Positions 1 through 26,159 of a stretch of 64,000 nucleotides of DNA are shown piece after piece. The stretch comes from the human T2T-CHM13v2.0 reference genome, Homo sapiens: the NCBI RefSeq assembly GCF_009914755.1, contig NC_060938.1. One strand, written 5' to 3'. Numbering within the stretch: the stretch's first letter is position 1; the number at the start of each line of letters is the position of its first letter. The position numbers were made by a program, and so were the translations under genes. The notes beneath the pieces are model-generated. The model was given only the letters and a program-made list of their open reading frames with translations. It ran no database searches and had not been told where the DNA came from.

Positions 1-148
1 CTTGCAAGATCTACAGACGGTGGCACTGCTTAGAGAGTGGAGTTCTAGACAGCAGTTAAATGGAGTGAATTGCCCTTTAGTGTAGACGAATCTCCAACAC
101 CAGATGGAGGGGAAAGAAGGAAGTTACAAAAAGAAAAGTGCAGCAAGA

Positions 149-1067
<919 letters not shown>

Positions 1068-2629
1068 TTAAGAACATGCCAGATGCTGATCTGTCTTCTC
1101 TGTGGAACCTGCACACAGTCGCCTTCAGGAGAATGTTCCCTGAGCAGAGGAAAAGGTTCTGAGGCTCACGTGAGGCCATGGTGTCAGGAGCTCACTGGGC
1201 CTGTAATAGCTCCTGTTTTTTGAGCACATACTACACGCCAGGCACTCTTCCAATGGCCTCATTGATCACTCCCATTTAACAGATGAGAAAACCAATGCCC
1301 AGAGAGGTCAAGGGCCCTGTCCAAGGCCACACAGTTGGTAAGTTACAGAGCCAGAACTCGAACCCACTGCTCTTCATGACCAACCCACATCGCCTCTCAC
1401 ACTGAGGCACACAGTTCTTCGTGTTTTAAAAAGAATTTCAGACACCTAAAGGGAGCGTGGTCAAATGTTAGCACGGGTGAAGTCTGGTGGTGTGTTCCTG
1501 GGTGTTCCTTCTTCTGTTCTTGGTAATTTTTCCATAAGGATGTTTACGAAGGCTGGCTCTGGCCTGAGGTCTGCGCTGGCCCCTTGCCTGGCCATGATCT
1601 ATACCACACAGGTATCCCGGCTACCAGAGTGGCAGAGCAATGGCTCACTCACTCCCCAGCACTCACGAGATGGGTCCTGGCACATTCTCCCGCTGCAGCT
1701 AAGAGTGGCGGAGGAGGCCTGGGCCCTGCGGAGAACAGATTCACCAACACCTTGGCGGTTCTTCTCAAGACAGTGGGGACAGGCGGCCTGTCGGGGAAGA
1801 GGCTGCCCCGAGGCCTTCCCAGTCTTTCTGTAGAAGGGACGCAAAACCATGGAATTAGCAGAGCCTGGTCTGCTGGAGCCGATGCGTAGGTGCCCATACC
1901 GACCCAGTCTGGCCAGAGAGGCGCTGGGTGTCCACTGGCCTATGTGCCCTGATAGTGGCAGCCGATGATGCCTGCCGGGCTCCTGGAAACGTGGGCAATG
2001 CTCCTGGACCCCACACCCTCAGGCCCCAGAGGGGCCAGCAAAGGCCTGGTCTCACCTCTTCCCCACTCCCACTCAAGAGATAGGGAAACAGAGGTTGGGT
2101 TGAGGGAGAGTCCTTAATGGGGAATTTGAAGCAGGGCCAGGCGGCTCCCTTGTGCCAGGCAGCCTTTGTGGGCCCTGAATCATTTGCTGAAGAAAACTGG
2201 GACACTTCTCAGCCCCAGGCCTGGCTTCCGAAGCTGCATTTCCATTAGATGGAGTGTGAGGCACCTTCGGCCCAAAGGACTAGCTTTGTCTTTGTTGCCC
2301 TGGTGGTGCACATCCCACCGCCACACAAGCACCTCTGGCTCCAGATGGCATTTGGTGGAATTGTCCAGCTGTGGCAGGAGCTCAGGCCATAGAAATAGCC
2401 AAGTCAGAGCATTTGATCATTCATTCATTCATTCCCTCATCCTTTCACTCATTCACTCATTCATCCTTTTGTCCATTCATGTGCTTATTTGTTCTTACAA
2501 ATAATAAGATGCCTAGCACGTGCCAGATGTCATACCCTGGGAGCTCAACAGCCGGGCCCCTGCCTTCAGGGAGCTGCCTAACTGGTGGAGACCGGGGAAC
2601 CGGGTTCTGGCTTCTATATCACTATGGTT

Positions 2630-7490
<4,861 letters not shown>

Positions 7491-7776
7491 ATGTTTGGCT
7501 GTGCGGAGACCCTGACTCTTACACTGCACCTGTTCAGGCCAGAGCCACAGACCTCTGAGTGCTCCAGCCCTGCCGCATCTCATCCACCCCCAGCTCTGCC
7601 AGGAGCATGGGCCCAAAGACAGAAACATGATCCCCCAGGACAGTCCAAAGAGACCTGCAGAGGACGGATGTGTGCGTTGGGGCCATGAAGATGGAGTAGG
7701 AGCTCACTGGACAGAGAAGATGGGGAAGGACACTCCAGGGAGAAGCAAACGCTGAGGTCCACTTGAGAAAAATGCC

Positions 7777-7902
7777 TGGGTGGTTTTGGTGCTGTGAGAT
7801 TCTAGGGTAGGTGAGACAGTGTGTGTGTGTTTGTCTGTGTGGGTGGTTTTGGTGCCATGAGATTCTGGGGTAGGTAAGACAGCGTGTGTGCGTCTGTATG
7901 TG
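7777..7902. repeat. Two-copy 63-bp tandem duplication
   Basis: TGGGTGGTTTTGGTGC..TGAGATTCT.GGGTAGGT.AGACAG at 7777 and 7840. Confidence 0.85.
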
Positions 7903-8299
7903 TGTGGGGGGGTGGGGCGGGGTTGGGTCTGAATCTCCAGCGGGGGCAGCGGAACAAAGGGCTGGATGCCCATCCCAGGAGGTAGATTCATCAGTGCTCC
8001 CTATGCGAGAGTGGAAGTGGGGAGCCCCAGTGGGTCCTGGGCTGCAGGAGAATCCGCTGCCCCAGGAGCAGAGACTGGGAAGAAGCCCACAGTAAGGGCA
8101 AAGGGTGGACTGCGGAGACTGCTCCGTCCTCCCTCCCCACCCCTACGCCAGGTTTCGCTTCTCCCTGAGAGTCCTGGGGCAACACCCCCTGTTCTTTCCC
8201 TCGCACCCCCATTTTTAAAATGTTACGTGAGAGCTTTCGGGGACGGGCTGCGGGCATCCATTTCCCTAGCCCAGTGGGAGGTGGAACCGAAGCCCAGGA

Positions 8300-9060
<761 letters not shown>

Positions 9061-9189
9061 GCGCATCCCAGGACGACTCTTGGCTTTGCCATTCATTAGT
9101 TTTGTGACTTGGGCCTTCTCGGGGCCTCAGTTTCCCCTCCTGAAGCAGGAAGGACGGACGGACGGACAGATGATGTCATCATTTCCTCA

Positions 9190-10383
<1,194 letters not shown>

Positions 10384-12950
10384 CTAGGGGCTTGGTAAGT
10401 GTTTGCAGTTGGATTTCTCGAGGGCTTCCTTGGCCCTCACTGGCTGCCCAGCCCTGGGAAGGGTCCAGGTGAGGCTTGGAGCCCGAATCAAGGAAGACTC
10501 AGAGGCAGGCAGGGACTTGCCCAGTGGTCGCACAGCCCAGCGGTGGTTGAGGTGGGGACATGGACCACACTCGCTGAAGCGAGCTCATATCTTAGGTGGG
10601 AAGCAGTAGACTCTGGGAGGATGAGGAGGGGGCCCTGGGGAGCTCCAGAATGCAACAGAGGGTGGGCTGGCCACCTTTAGGTGGGCTCTGCTGGACTCCC
10701 ATGCTGTACACCTCAAGGGCACGGGAATGGTCTGGCCAAGCGTCTGCCTCCCTCACCAGCCTGGGGGCTCCTCAGGACCAGGTCCTTTGGTCTCCCTACC
10801 CCCATCACATAGCAGAGTTCCTGCATCCATGCCACATTTGTCTATTGAGCACTTGCTATGTGCCAGGCTCAGCACGGCAGTGAGGTGGGCAGGTGGATGG
10901 AGGAAGGGAAGGGTCAGTCCTGATGCTGTCCCCTGGCAGGTTTCTTGGGAAACTTCCCAGGACAGCCTGGCTTTAAGCAACCAGCAGTTAGCAGGAGTGA
11001 CCACTAACACTTCAGCCCAGGCGTCTCTGAGAGTGACCTCATGTCTGGAGTGAGCTTAGAGACGGCGGCTGAGGCTGGGTTATGGTTTCACTGACGGGGC
11101 CTCCTGGAGCATGCTGGCGGGAGGACCATGCTCTCTGCTAGCCAAGGCAGAGTCTGCATTTGGCACCTCCTGATTTCCACGCGGGGAGGTGGTGGAGGTG
11201 CCTTATTCATAGGTCTCTGTCAGTGTGGAGGCACTCAGGCCTTCACACCTGCTTTGGGGGGATGGGAGACTCTTTCCTGAGGCTTTGCTTGTCCAGTAAG
11301 TGCCTGTGTCCTCTGGAGGAGAGAGGACAGCCATGGCACGTGGCATCCCCAGTGCATCTGGTGTGAGCTTCCACATCGCTAACCTCCCCTGTGACTGGGG
11401 TTGCCTCTCTAAGCCACTAAAATCATCAAAGCATGGTTTCTGATGGAGATCTCCATGAAATGTATTCTATGGGCTCATGTATTCAGCAGGCTCTTCCTGA
11501 GCCTGTTAGGAGGCAGCCCTGTGCTGGATGCTGGGCCCAAAAACAGTTGGCAAGTCACAGGCCCAGTCTCAAAAATCCCCTTCATCACTTCAGGAGACTG
11601 ACACACACAGGAAGGTGCCAGAAATTCCTCAAGGAGTGTAGGAACAAGGCCACATACCTCAGGGAAGGCTTCCTGAATGTTGGTTGCATGTTGATAGCTC
11701 ATTATTTACTGAACAAACACATACATCTTCTCCATTTGTTCCTCCCAACAACTCTATGAGGTTGGAATTCCTTTCCCCTTCCACAGATGAGGACATAGGC
11801 ACAGAGAGGTTAAGGAGCTTGCCCACGGTTAAGAGCAGTAAGAGGTTAAGGAGCATTCCCCATGGGGAATGTGTGCGCTGGCTCCAAAGCCATTCTCCTA
11901 ACCGCTTTGCCACACTGCCTCCCTCCTTGAAGCCCCACTGTGTCCCACAGTCCGTGGAGTGGACAGACATGCAAAGAGATAATGAAGTCCTAGCCAAGCT
12001 GACTGGCTGGAGCGCCCCTGGCGACGGAGCAGTGACTGCTGTAGAGAACTCACCCTGTAAGCTACAAGATTCAATGGAGTGAGTGTCGTGTCTGAGATAT
12101 GGACAGAGTGCATTGGGAGCATCCATAAGGGCCAGGGATGGGACAGTCAGAGCCCTGGGAGCATGGAGGACAAGAGGAGACCTTTGAGTAGGCCTTGAGT
12201 CATGAATAGCAGTTTGCCAGATGAGGAAGTAGGTGAGAAGCAAATATCCGACGGACAGGACACTGTGCAAAGGCTTGCTCTTTCAAAAAATGAACGGTGG
12301 ACATAAGAAACCTTCAGGACCCAGGGCCGTGAGTCACGAGTGTCAGTGACATGGGGGTGGCAAACTCTGGGCAAGATGGGGGCTCTCCGCCCTGCACTGA
12401 ATGGCCCGGGCGGCTGAAGCCTGCGATACTGGGCTGGTTTCCTATGGCCTTCCTGCCACCTGCCCCTAAACACACTGAGGCCAAGCTGCGGATCATCCTC
12501 TTGCCAGCAGCAATCACTATGTCTTCTTGTCACTTCCTAGCTCTGGACTACCCTGGTCTGGGCACCACATTTACGTCGTGTGTAAGTAAGAGTACATAGG
12601 CCACGAGGAAGCATCTGCTGTGTGATTGGGATGCACGGATGCCGAGGTCTTCGGCCTGGCTCCCTGAGGGAACTTTTGCTCCCTCTGTAGTTCTGGATTG
12701 GGCTTTGGTGAATGGAGGGCTCTCGTTGCCTTCCAGATGTCTGTTCTGCCCCTCACTGCGTCTCTGGAACCAAGATGGTGCCTGGTACAATCTCTGCTCA
12801 GTAAATTCTTGGTGAATGAAATGTTGCTGACTAATCTGGAAAGAACACCAGTCCAGGCATCATGAGGCTTGGGTGTGAGCCCTGGTTTGGCTACTTCTTG
12901 GCACGTGGCCTTCTTTAAGTCTCAGTTCCTCATCTATAAAATAGGAGTCA

Positions 12951-13262
12951 AGCCGTGTACGGTGGCTCATGCCTATAATCCCAGAACTTTGGCGGGCCAA
13001 GGCGGGAGGATTGCTTGAGCCCAGGAGTTCAAGACAAGCCTGGGAAGCATAGAGAGACCCTGTCTCTGCAAAAAATAAAAATGAAAATTAGCCGGGTGTG
13101 GTAGAGCACGTCTGTGGTTCCAGCTACTCTGGAGGCTGAGGTGGGGAGGATCGTTAGAGCCCAGGAGGTCAAGGCTACAGTGAGCTAGGATTGTGCCACT
13201 GCACTCTAGCCTGGATGACAGAGAGAGTCCCTGTCTCAAAAAATAAACAAATAAAATAAAAT
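12951..13262 (+). mobile_element. AluJ-like element
   Basis: Diverged Alu consensus with A tail, inside a MIR-like context. Confidence 0.9.
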
Positions 13263-14369
13263 AGTGACAATGACCCTACCTTGCAGAGATGAAAGAAGGC
13301 ACGTGTGCACACAGCCCCTCCCTGGTCCACGTGCAGCTGCCGGCTGACCCACAGGTAGTTCCCAGTGAACCATGGGAGGGACAGCACACACGGCGGCCTG
13401 AGGCCTGGCCATCTGGCCTGCTCATTGGCAGAGGGGAGCATGTAAGACATGGCACCCTGGTCTGTACCTGGGACAGTAACTGACCAGGACCCCAAGACAT
13501 TCTGCCAAGTGGCCCTTGGCCAGTCAGGTGAGACCTAGCCTCACAGCAGTAGAGGGGCCAGGAGGACATGCTGTGGTATGACCAAAAGCCACAATCATGT
13601 CACAGGAGTGAGTGGGCCCTGGCCTGGGGCTTGAGAACACCCCGGGAGGCAGCCTGCCATCCCCCATCCCCAATCCTCCCCCAAACGTCCTAGAGGCCTC
13701 CTGCTGGAACCCAGCCTGGTCCTCCCTGTGAGGGGAGGGAGTGTGTGGCTGTCAGTACCTCCCCACTGCAGAAGGAGCATCCCCCGAAGCTCTGGGGGCC
13801 CAGAGCTGACTCAGACCCAGGCTTGGCCTGGTGGACTCACAGGTGGGGGAGGGTGTCAGTCACAGATAGAAAGAATGACCACGCCACAGGCCGGCGGCTC
13901 TAACAGGGAGGCCCGCAGACAGCCTGGAGCTGTAGGGGTAGGGTGCGGGGAGGGTGCTGTGGTGTGGGGACACTTAACTGGCGTTGGGGATGGGTAGTTG
14001 GGAGCTGGCCAGTAGAGCTGAGCAGACGTGGCTCAAACCCCAGCCCACTGGCATGTGACATGATACTTTGGGCTCCCTTCTGCTGTCTCTGCTTCCACCT
14101 CTGTGCAGTGGTAATAAGAACAGGCCTCCCTCCCATGGTTGCCTTGAGGAGGAAATGCAGATTCATGGGCACACTGCCCTGGTGCCTGGTCCACAATTTG
14201 CCCCAAACCCCAGGAGCTGCTGTGATTGGTTAGCATGGCTTCCCCCACGGCCATGGCCATGATTTAAGAATAAAGAGAATTCTGCCTGCCAGAGAAGAGC
14301 AGGGAAAGGGCATGCCTGCAAAGGGAACAGCCTGTGCTGAGGCTCAGAGGTGTGAAATGGCAGGGAGTA

Positions 14370-15107
<738 letters not shown>

Positions 15108-15623
15108 GAGTATCAGGAGATGGAAGGTAGACAGGAGGCTGGAGAGGTGGGGAGAGGCAGGAGCTGATGATGGAGCTGTCCATGGGCAGAGCCAAGTCAG
15201 AGAGCACTTCGTGTTTTACTGTTTTTCAACAGATAGAGGCCGGAAGGTACTAGAGGGTGCGGACGGGGTGGTCAGGGAGGATCGGAGGTGAGCCTTGGGC
15301 AGGAACCCAAGTTAAGTGCAGCAGTGAGCTGTGCTGATGTAGGGGCGGAGGCGCACTGTTAACACAGAGAGGGTGGGTGACAGTGCCTCAGACTCTTCCT
15401 GGCATACGGCAGGTGCTCCAGAGTAGCTGCTGCTGTTGCTGCTGCTATTAATAGGAGTAGTAATAGTGTTCTAACAACAACACAAACATTAAGACCTAAG
15501 GTTTGCTACTGTCACTGAGGCTTATCGTGGTAACAGGCAGATGGCGTTGTCTCCATTTTATGGATCAGCAGACTGAGGCTCTGAGAGATGGGGGACCCGC
15601 CCAAGGTAACCTTGGGCTGGTAA

Positions 15624-16523
<900 letters not shown>

Positions 16524-16706
16524 TGAGGCCTGACATTTCTCCACTAACTCTTATTTCAGGCACTTTAGATGCTTCATTTCATTTGATTCTCCTAAAACCC
16601 ACTGAGGCTAGTATTATTTTTCCCATTTTACAGATAAGAAAGTGGAGGCTTAGAAAGGTGAAGTGTTGGGTCACACGGGGAGGGAGGGTCAGAGCTGGAA
16701 CCCTGA

Positions 16707-17040
<334 letters not shown>

Positions 17041-17357
17041 GAAGGTGCCATTCTTGAGCCCCACTGGGTCCTTTTTCCCACCTGAATCCCCTGCCTCAGG
17101 GAACTTGCTCTCCTTCCTGCCCTGAAGTTCATCTGTTCCTGCCTCTGGGCTTTTGCTCCTCTCAACAAGGCCTGCAGAGCCTGCACTCTGTGGATGATTT
17201 ATGCCCCAACTGTTTTCAAAATGGGTCTGACCTGACCTTGCACGTGGGGCACATGTATCAGTCTAAGTCCAGTAGGAAATAAACCCTGTAACAGGTAACT
17301 CAATAGGTAGAATTTGATCCTGGGAGTCAGTTACTCATGTGTTAGAAATGATAAAAG

Positions 17358-17675
17358 GGCTCAGACGCAGTGGCTCACGCCAGTAATCTCAGCACTTTGA
17401 GAGGCTGAGGCAGGTGGATCACTTGAGGTCAGGAGTTCAAGACCAGCCTGGCCAACATGGCGAAACCCTGTCTCTACTAAAAACACAAAAACTATCTGGG
17501 TGTGGTAGTGGTTATCTGTAATCCCAGCTACCCGGGAGGCTGAGGCAGGAGAATGTCTTGAACCCAGGAGGCAGAGGTTGCAGTGAACCAAGATCCTGCC
17601 ACTGCACTGCAGCCTGGATGACAGAGCAAGACTCTGTCTCAAAAAAAAAAAAAAAAAAAAAGAAAAAAGAAAAAA
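17358..17675 (+). mobile_element. AluS inside a probable MLT1 LTR
   Basis: Alu consensus; flanks resemble an old MaLR. Confidence 0.85.
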
Positions 17676-18758
17676 GGCAACCTGGGGAAGGCAGCGACTC
17701 TGAGGTTAAAAACTGGAGGAAGCTGCCTCTACCCCTTGGGCCGGGAGGACAAAGTGAGAAGATGGGGTTACTGGCGCCCTGGAGCTGGGGACACCCAGTG
17801 GAAGCTGGAGCCATAATTGGCCTGGGCAGGAGGAGGTGGAGCCGAGAGAAGGAGCAGCTGTTGCCAAGAAGCTGCTTAAAGCAGAGAAGGGGAAAAACCC
17901 CAGTGCTCCTCCCTCTCCAGGCTCCTGCCAATGCTGTCCACTGGCTGAACCTCGCTGGAGGCCAGCTATCTAAGAAGCCTGGGAAATGTCGTTCATAGGA
18001 GCTGACCCCCTGCAGTAGAGAGGAGGTAGGGGGAGGGCCAGGACTGGGTGTGAGGGCAAATTGGCAAAGAACAGCACATTGTGTGTTTGATAAAACTGTA
18101 AAATCTTGACACCGAATGTATAAAAAGGAGGAGAAATCAAATATGTTAGCTATGAAGGCTAATGTGAAGCTTTATGATTCACAGCATTAGTTTTGACTAT
18201 GAGCTTCCTGGCAGCCAGAGTGAAAGGAGGAAACATAATTATCAGATCTTACAGGAGCCTGTACAGCCAGTTCTCCAAGAGAGACCAAGTTTATCACATG
18301 GATCTGACAGAGGGGAGATGGAGGGACAGAATGGATGTGTCTTCAGTGGTGACTTTTAAAAATGGATTCCTGATAAAGACTTGAGGTGGAACACAAAATA
18401 CACAGATGAACATATTTCAGAGTGGGGGCTCAGCAAAGGTCCTCTGGTGACCTCACAAAGTCAAGCCTAGAACTTGACTCACTGTTGGGGAAAGGTAGGC
18501 ACAGCAGGCTCAGGGCAGGCCAGGAATGAGTGGTTATCCTTGCCTGAATCCGCTGTCAGTCTCTCCTCCCAGAGCTGAGATCCCAATGCCGGGTGGATGA
18601 CCGAAAGTCTGAGCTGTTCTCTCCATGGAGAACCTGGAGTTTGGAGCTCTGTATTGCTCACCAGATCATATGCACAGGCCTCACAAAGAAAAGTCCTCCA
18701 GTCTTGGCTCTGAAAAATCAAAGTCCTGGGTTCAAGTCACTTGACCTTTCTGTATCTA

Positions 18759-19098
<340 letters not shown>

Positions 19099-19946
19099 GG
19101 GATTGAGAAATCAGTGACCGATCCTGGAAAACCTAAACCACCCTAAGTATTTCAGTCAGAGGAAACTGAACACAGGGATGACTAAGGCATTGGGAGGGCT
19201 GGAGAAGGAGAGGAGGAAGGTTAAGTTACTTAAAGACTAGTAACTGTAAGAAGCTGCTACCACTCTTGGGTTGGAGGAACAAAGGGAAAAAGTCCTTTGT
19301 GCTGTGGACTTTGCTGCTCTTAGTACCAAGATGGCTGGGTGGAAACCCAGGAGTCCACGTTCACCAGCCAACCCTGCTGTCTCTGCAGCCACCACTTCCG
19401 GAGGCAGGGCTAGAAGCCAAAGAAACCTGGTCTCTCCCTTCCACCCACCAACCCAAACTGGAAGCCAGCTGGCTGGGAAGTATGGTGGTAGGTTTCCTGC
19501 AATGGCAGTAAGGGAGGTTCCTGAGTAGGGTGAGTGTGGCGCTGAGTGCACCGCACACCGTCCTGCCCACCGTTAGAAGCTGCAAATGAGAGAGTACATA
19601 AGATGAGCTCAACATAAGTAACTAGTGTGTGGGAAGCTATGATGAGGAAGAAACCAGCTGTGTCAGTGACTAGGTCGACAATTTCCCATAATCATAACAG
19701 GGCAGGTGCTAGCAATGGAGAGCAGAAACAAACAAAACAAAACAAAACACTAGGCCAGAACGAGAAGACTTGAGTTCTAATCCCAGCTCTGCTACCTGTG
19801 GGCTGTGTGACCTTAGACAAGTTGCTCAACCTCTCTGAGCCTTTAGGTCCTCCTTGGCACGATAGAGTGCATTAACTTTGCTCATTCTACCTACTAGCTC
19901 CTTGTGGAAAATCACTTAATGTAAAGGATATGAAAAGTCTTTTCCA

Positions 19947-20651
<705 letters not shown>

Positions 20652-21090
20652 TAGGGCAGGAGAAAAGGTTCTGGGTCCCAGCTCAGCCTGCAGCTAGCTG
20701 GGCAGCCTAGGCAAGTCACTTGCCCTCATCAGTTAGAGGGGGTAAAAGTCCACTCTGCAGGCAGCTTGTCACAAGGAGTAAAGGCAATCATGGCTGCTCA
20801 GGGCCTGGCACAGGACCCTCTGGGCACAGGCGCCTGAGAGGTGCATTAGCGAGCCTCAGGGCAGATGGGATTTTCTCTAAGGTCAGCCTGGCCCTGCCAG
20901 ACCCCTGCTGGAAGAAGGGAAGGGATGCTTCCCAGGCCGAATGGAAAGTGTGAGCTGGCTGGAGCAGGGTGGCAACAGCACGTGGGGCTCCTGTCCCAGG
21001 GTCCCTCAGGAAGACCCAGATGTTAACGTGTAGTCTTGCTCTTTTACCCACTTCCTGGCTTGAGCAAATGAGCTCAAGATCTCATTCCAT

Positions 21091-21392
21091 TACACACACA
21101 CACATACACAAATATGCATACACACACATGTACACACATATATACACACATACACACACAAACACACATACACACATGCATATGCTACATATACACAGCA
21201 CACACATATACACACATACATATGCATGCACACACACATTCACATATGCACATACCACATACACACAATACACACACATATACACACACATCCACACACG
21301 TCCACATACATCCACATGTACACACACATACACACATACATACACATACACACATCTACATACATACATACCTTCACACACATACATACACA
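21091..21392. repeat. Degenerate (CA/TA)n microsatellite
   Basis: About 300 bp of alternating CACATA-type repeat. Confidence 0.95.
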
Positions 21393-22684
21393 CAGTCTTG
21401 GGAGTGTAAACAGGATGTCCAGGAGTCTCAAGTCAGCCTCCCCCATTCCCTTAGCCAAAATGGTAAAACCTTCCTCAGCCCAGGAAGTAAAAATAGCAAG
21501 TATGATGTTGATTACAGTAATTAAAGTGCTCACAATTTGTGAGTTGTCCTTTCACGTGTGACAGTGTAAGCATCATCCCAGCTTTCTCACGTTTGGGATG
21601 TGTTTAGAGATGAAGTTGAGAAAACAGAAATTAAGGATTAATGGATAATTGGACAGAACTTAAAAACATTATTTTGCTGCTACAAGTTGTGCCCACTTAG
21701 ATATCGAATCCTGGCATGTGATGCGTGGGTTCAGGGGTGTGATCTGGATGGTGTTCAGCAGGCTGGAGTGTATGAGAGGAATTTACGGGGGAAAGTAGAA
21801 GGCCAGCAACAGGGGCTTGATCACAAGGCATATATCGGGTGGGAGCGTTTCATCACCGTGAAAGAGGATACTTGTTTGCTGTCCCTACTGATAAGGGAAA
21901 GGTGTGGGTGCTAACGCTATGTGAGGATGATGGAATACAGCTTCACAAACCCTGCCTTGAAAAGCAACCCAGAGGGAGGACACCAAAATGCTAACAGCAA
22001 GGGAAACTGATGCATTCAGTCGGTGCATCAGAAATCACCGCTGAGAAGGGCATGTTCTCCGCACTGTCTTTAAGCACATTACAGATTTTTCCCATCACGC
22101 GTCACTTTTGTCATGAGCTATCCTCCTTAGCTGCTTGGAGCTTAGGGCTGCACCCCTCTGCTCTCTCCCCCTCTCCCCACCAACCCGCACGCTGGTGCAT
22201 TTGGCTTTGATTGCAATCCTTCATTCACTGACTCTGCAAACACTTAATGGTCACCTACTATGTGCTGGTCACAGTGCCGAGTACTGGAAGAAAACTGTAA
22301 ATACAAGTCATTTTTTCTAGTGGAATTTTCACCCTATACCACAGTCCGGGAGGACTGAATGGTCTGAGCGGGACCACTCTACTATTACAGTTGAGGACAC
22401 CAAGATTCCACAGAGTGTGTGGTAAAGAGCTTGAGTTTCTGGGCCCAGGCTGTCTGGGCTGGATCCCAGCGGTGCGGCAACTGGGCGATGTTATTTGAGC
22501 TTTCTGAGCTCCGCTGCCACATCTGTAAAGTGGGGATCATACTAGGACACACCTACCTAAACGACTGTTGTGAGGACAAGACGAAATAGATGATGTGTTG
22601 TGTCCAACGCATGGGACAGGCCTGGCGCACAGGAAGGTGGGGGATGCATGTTGAGTGAATGAATGGTTACCCGGCTGTAAGTAG

Positions 22685-23488
<804 letters not shown>

Positions 23489-23647
23489 TGAGTTCTTCCT
23501 CGCTCCATCCCCACCTGGCACCCCTGCAGACACGCTTTCCACCACGCCAGCCCTGCTGTGGGCACGCCAGCCCTGCTGTGGGCACGCCCCTCCCTCCGTG
23601 GCCGCCCCACCCCCGCGGAATCCCTCCGGAATTCTCCTGGCTGATGA

Positions 23648-23824
<177 letters not shown>

Positions 23825-24753
23825 TAAGTGACCTAGTGCCCTCGCGCCCCTGGCTGCTGCCACTGGCTCCTTGGGACTGGCTCCTTGGTAAAGGGGAGTG
23901 TATGTGTGCGCCCGTTCCTGCACATGTGCCTCGCTGCTCTGACAGGGGCCCCTAGGTGTGGGCCGGACACCCGCATCCACCCGCTTTTCTCCTGAGATGT
24001 ATGGTGAGCCTTTGCTGCAGGCCTCAGTACCTCTATGATAGACACACAACTCATGGCATTAAAGACTGGAGGCTTGCTTAAGTGCGGGTCCCGTGGTCTT
24101 CCTCTCCCTCCTGAGAACCATGGGCTCTGGGCCTGACAGCAGTTCTGATGGGCAGGAGGGCAGAATATGAACAATTTCCTGGACACTCAGGGCCACCCTG
24201 CTCCTGGGGAAGCCACAGCTTGTCACTGCAACAGCTGATGGGGGCCTGGAGCCCTGCCCCACCCCACCCCAGCCAGGACTGCAGGGAGCTTGCAAAGGTT
24301 GAGAAACTAAGACCCGAGAGAACAGTGGCTGCCCATGGGCCTCCTAATGGGGAGAGGAGGAGGTGGGGCTCTTGTGGCCTTGGAGCCTTGCTGCCCTGCC
24401 CCCGTGCTCTAGGGCAGCAGTACCACCCACTGAGACCCTGCTGTGGGAGGAGGATGAATCACATCCCAAATAGGTTTGATGGGGGAGGGAAACCTACATC
24501 ACAACCCTCCTTCGAGTCACGCTCTGTCCCCAAGGGTGCTTATGGAGCCTCGTGACCACCTTGTTGTCCCATTTACAGAGGAGAAAGCTGAGGACTAAAG
24601 AGGCCCAAGGGCAGGCTGAGACGGCTTGGTCTGAACTCTGGCTCAGTTACTGGCCAGGTGACCTTGAGCCAGTTACTTCACCTTTCCTTATCTTCAGCTA
24701 CCTCATCTGCAAAATGGAGATGATCATAGTACTTGCCCCTAGGGTGGTTTTAA

Positions 24754-25183
<430 letters not shown>

Positions 25184-26159
25184 CTGGTGTTTCTTACTTA
25201 TTTCCATGCAACCTCCTCTGGCAGCAGCCGAATAGGGTTCCTAAGGAGAGGGAATAAAGACATGAAGATGCCTGAAGCTAGTGGGAGAATTCTGATTTTG
25301 TGTCCAGCCTGCAGCCTGGAGCTGAGAGAGATACCTGACCTGGGCCCCTGGAAGTTGGATTCCTCTCCCAGATCCGCCCCTTCCCCGGGGACCCAGCTTT
25401 CCCATCTGGAAAATGGGTACAGATGAAGCCTCTGTTTTTACCCCTGATTCTCCTTTCTCCCTTCTGTCCTTCCCAGGAGAGCCCAAGTCTCCTGACCACA
25501 GAAATTCAACTAATTTTGCCAGTATTTTCCCAGCCGCTCTGCTGGGTCAGGCAAGAACCAGGATGACAGAGATGAATAGGACCCCTCGTACCCGAGCCAG
25601 GGAGACAGACCCATTCAGTCCACTGCACTGCAACCCCAGAGAGCCTGTGCACAGTGTCGGGGAGCCCAGCATGGGGGCCTTCAGGGAGGGCTTCACAGAG
25701 GAGGGGACATCTCTAAGCAGGGCCTGGAAGTATTAATAGGTGATTGACAAGCAGCGATGGGAGTAAGGAGCAAGGTTAGCATATTCCAAAGATGTTGGAG
25801 CTCCAGTGCTTGGCAGGTTCTGAAACCAGTGAGCTCTTGAAAGCGCTGTGCCCTCTGTAGGATCCAGTGGGCTGGATTGCATTCAGCGGGCAGTAACCAA
25901 GCCGGTCTTGTTCGTTCCTGTGGGTGTCTGGTAGGTGCTGGGTGAAGATTGCACACAGTGACAGCTTCATGGACATACCACATGTGCAGTCACAGAGGGC
26001 CCGGTACCCAGAAAGGTTCACCCTTGATCTCATGCTCTGTGGTCACCATCTTGAATTCTTAATATGTTTTGGACAAGTGACCCTGCATGCTCATTCTGCA
26101 TCGGGCTCTGCGAATTGTGTATGGTCCTTGCATGGATCAGTGGGTGAGTGGATATGTAG

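Noticed and set aside
20969-21561. His/Thr-rich and Cys/Val-rich ORFs
   Set aside because: Translations of the (CA)n-like repeat
21500-22060. Unique-looking segment as a possible pseudogene fragment
   Set aside because: No recognisable protein similarity in the frames I examined; needs BLAST/Dfam
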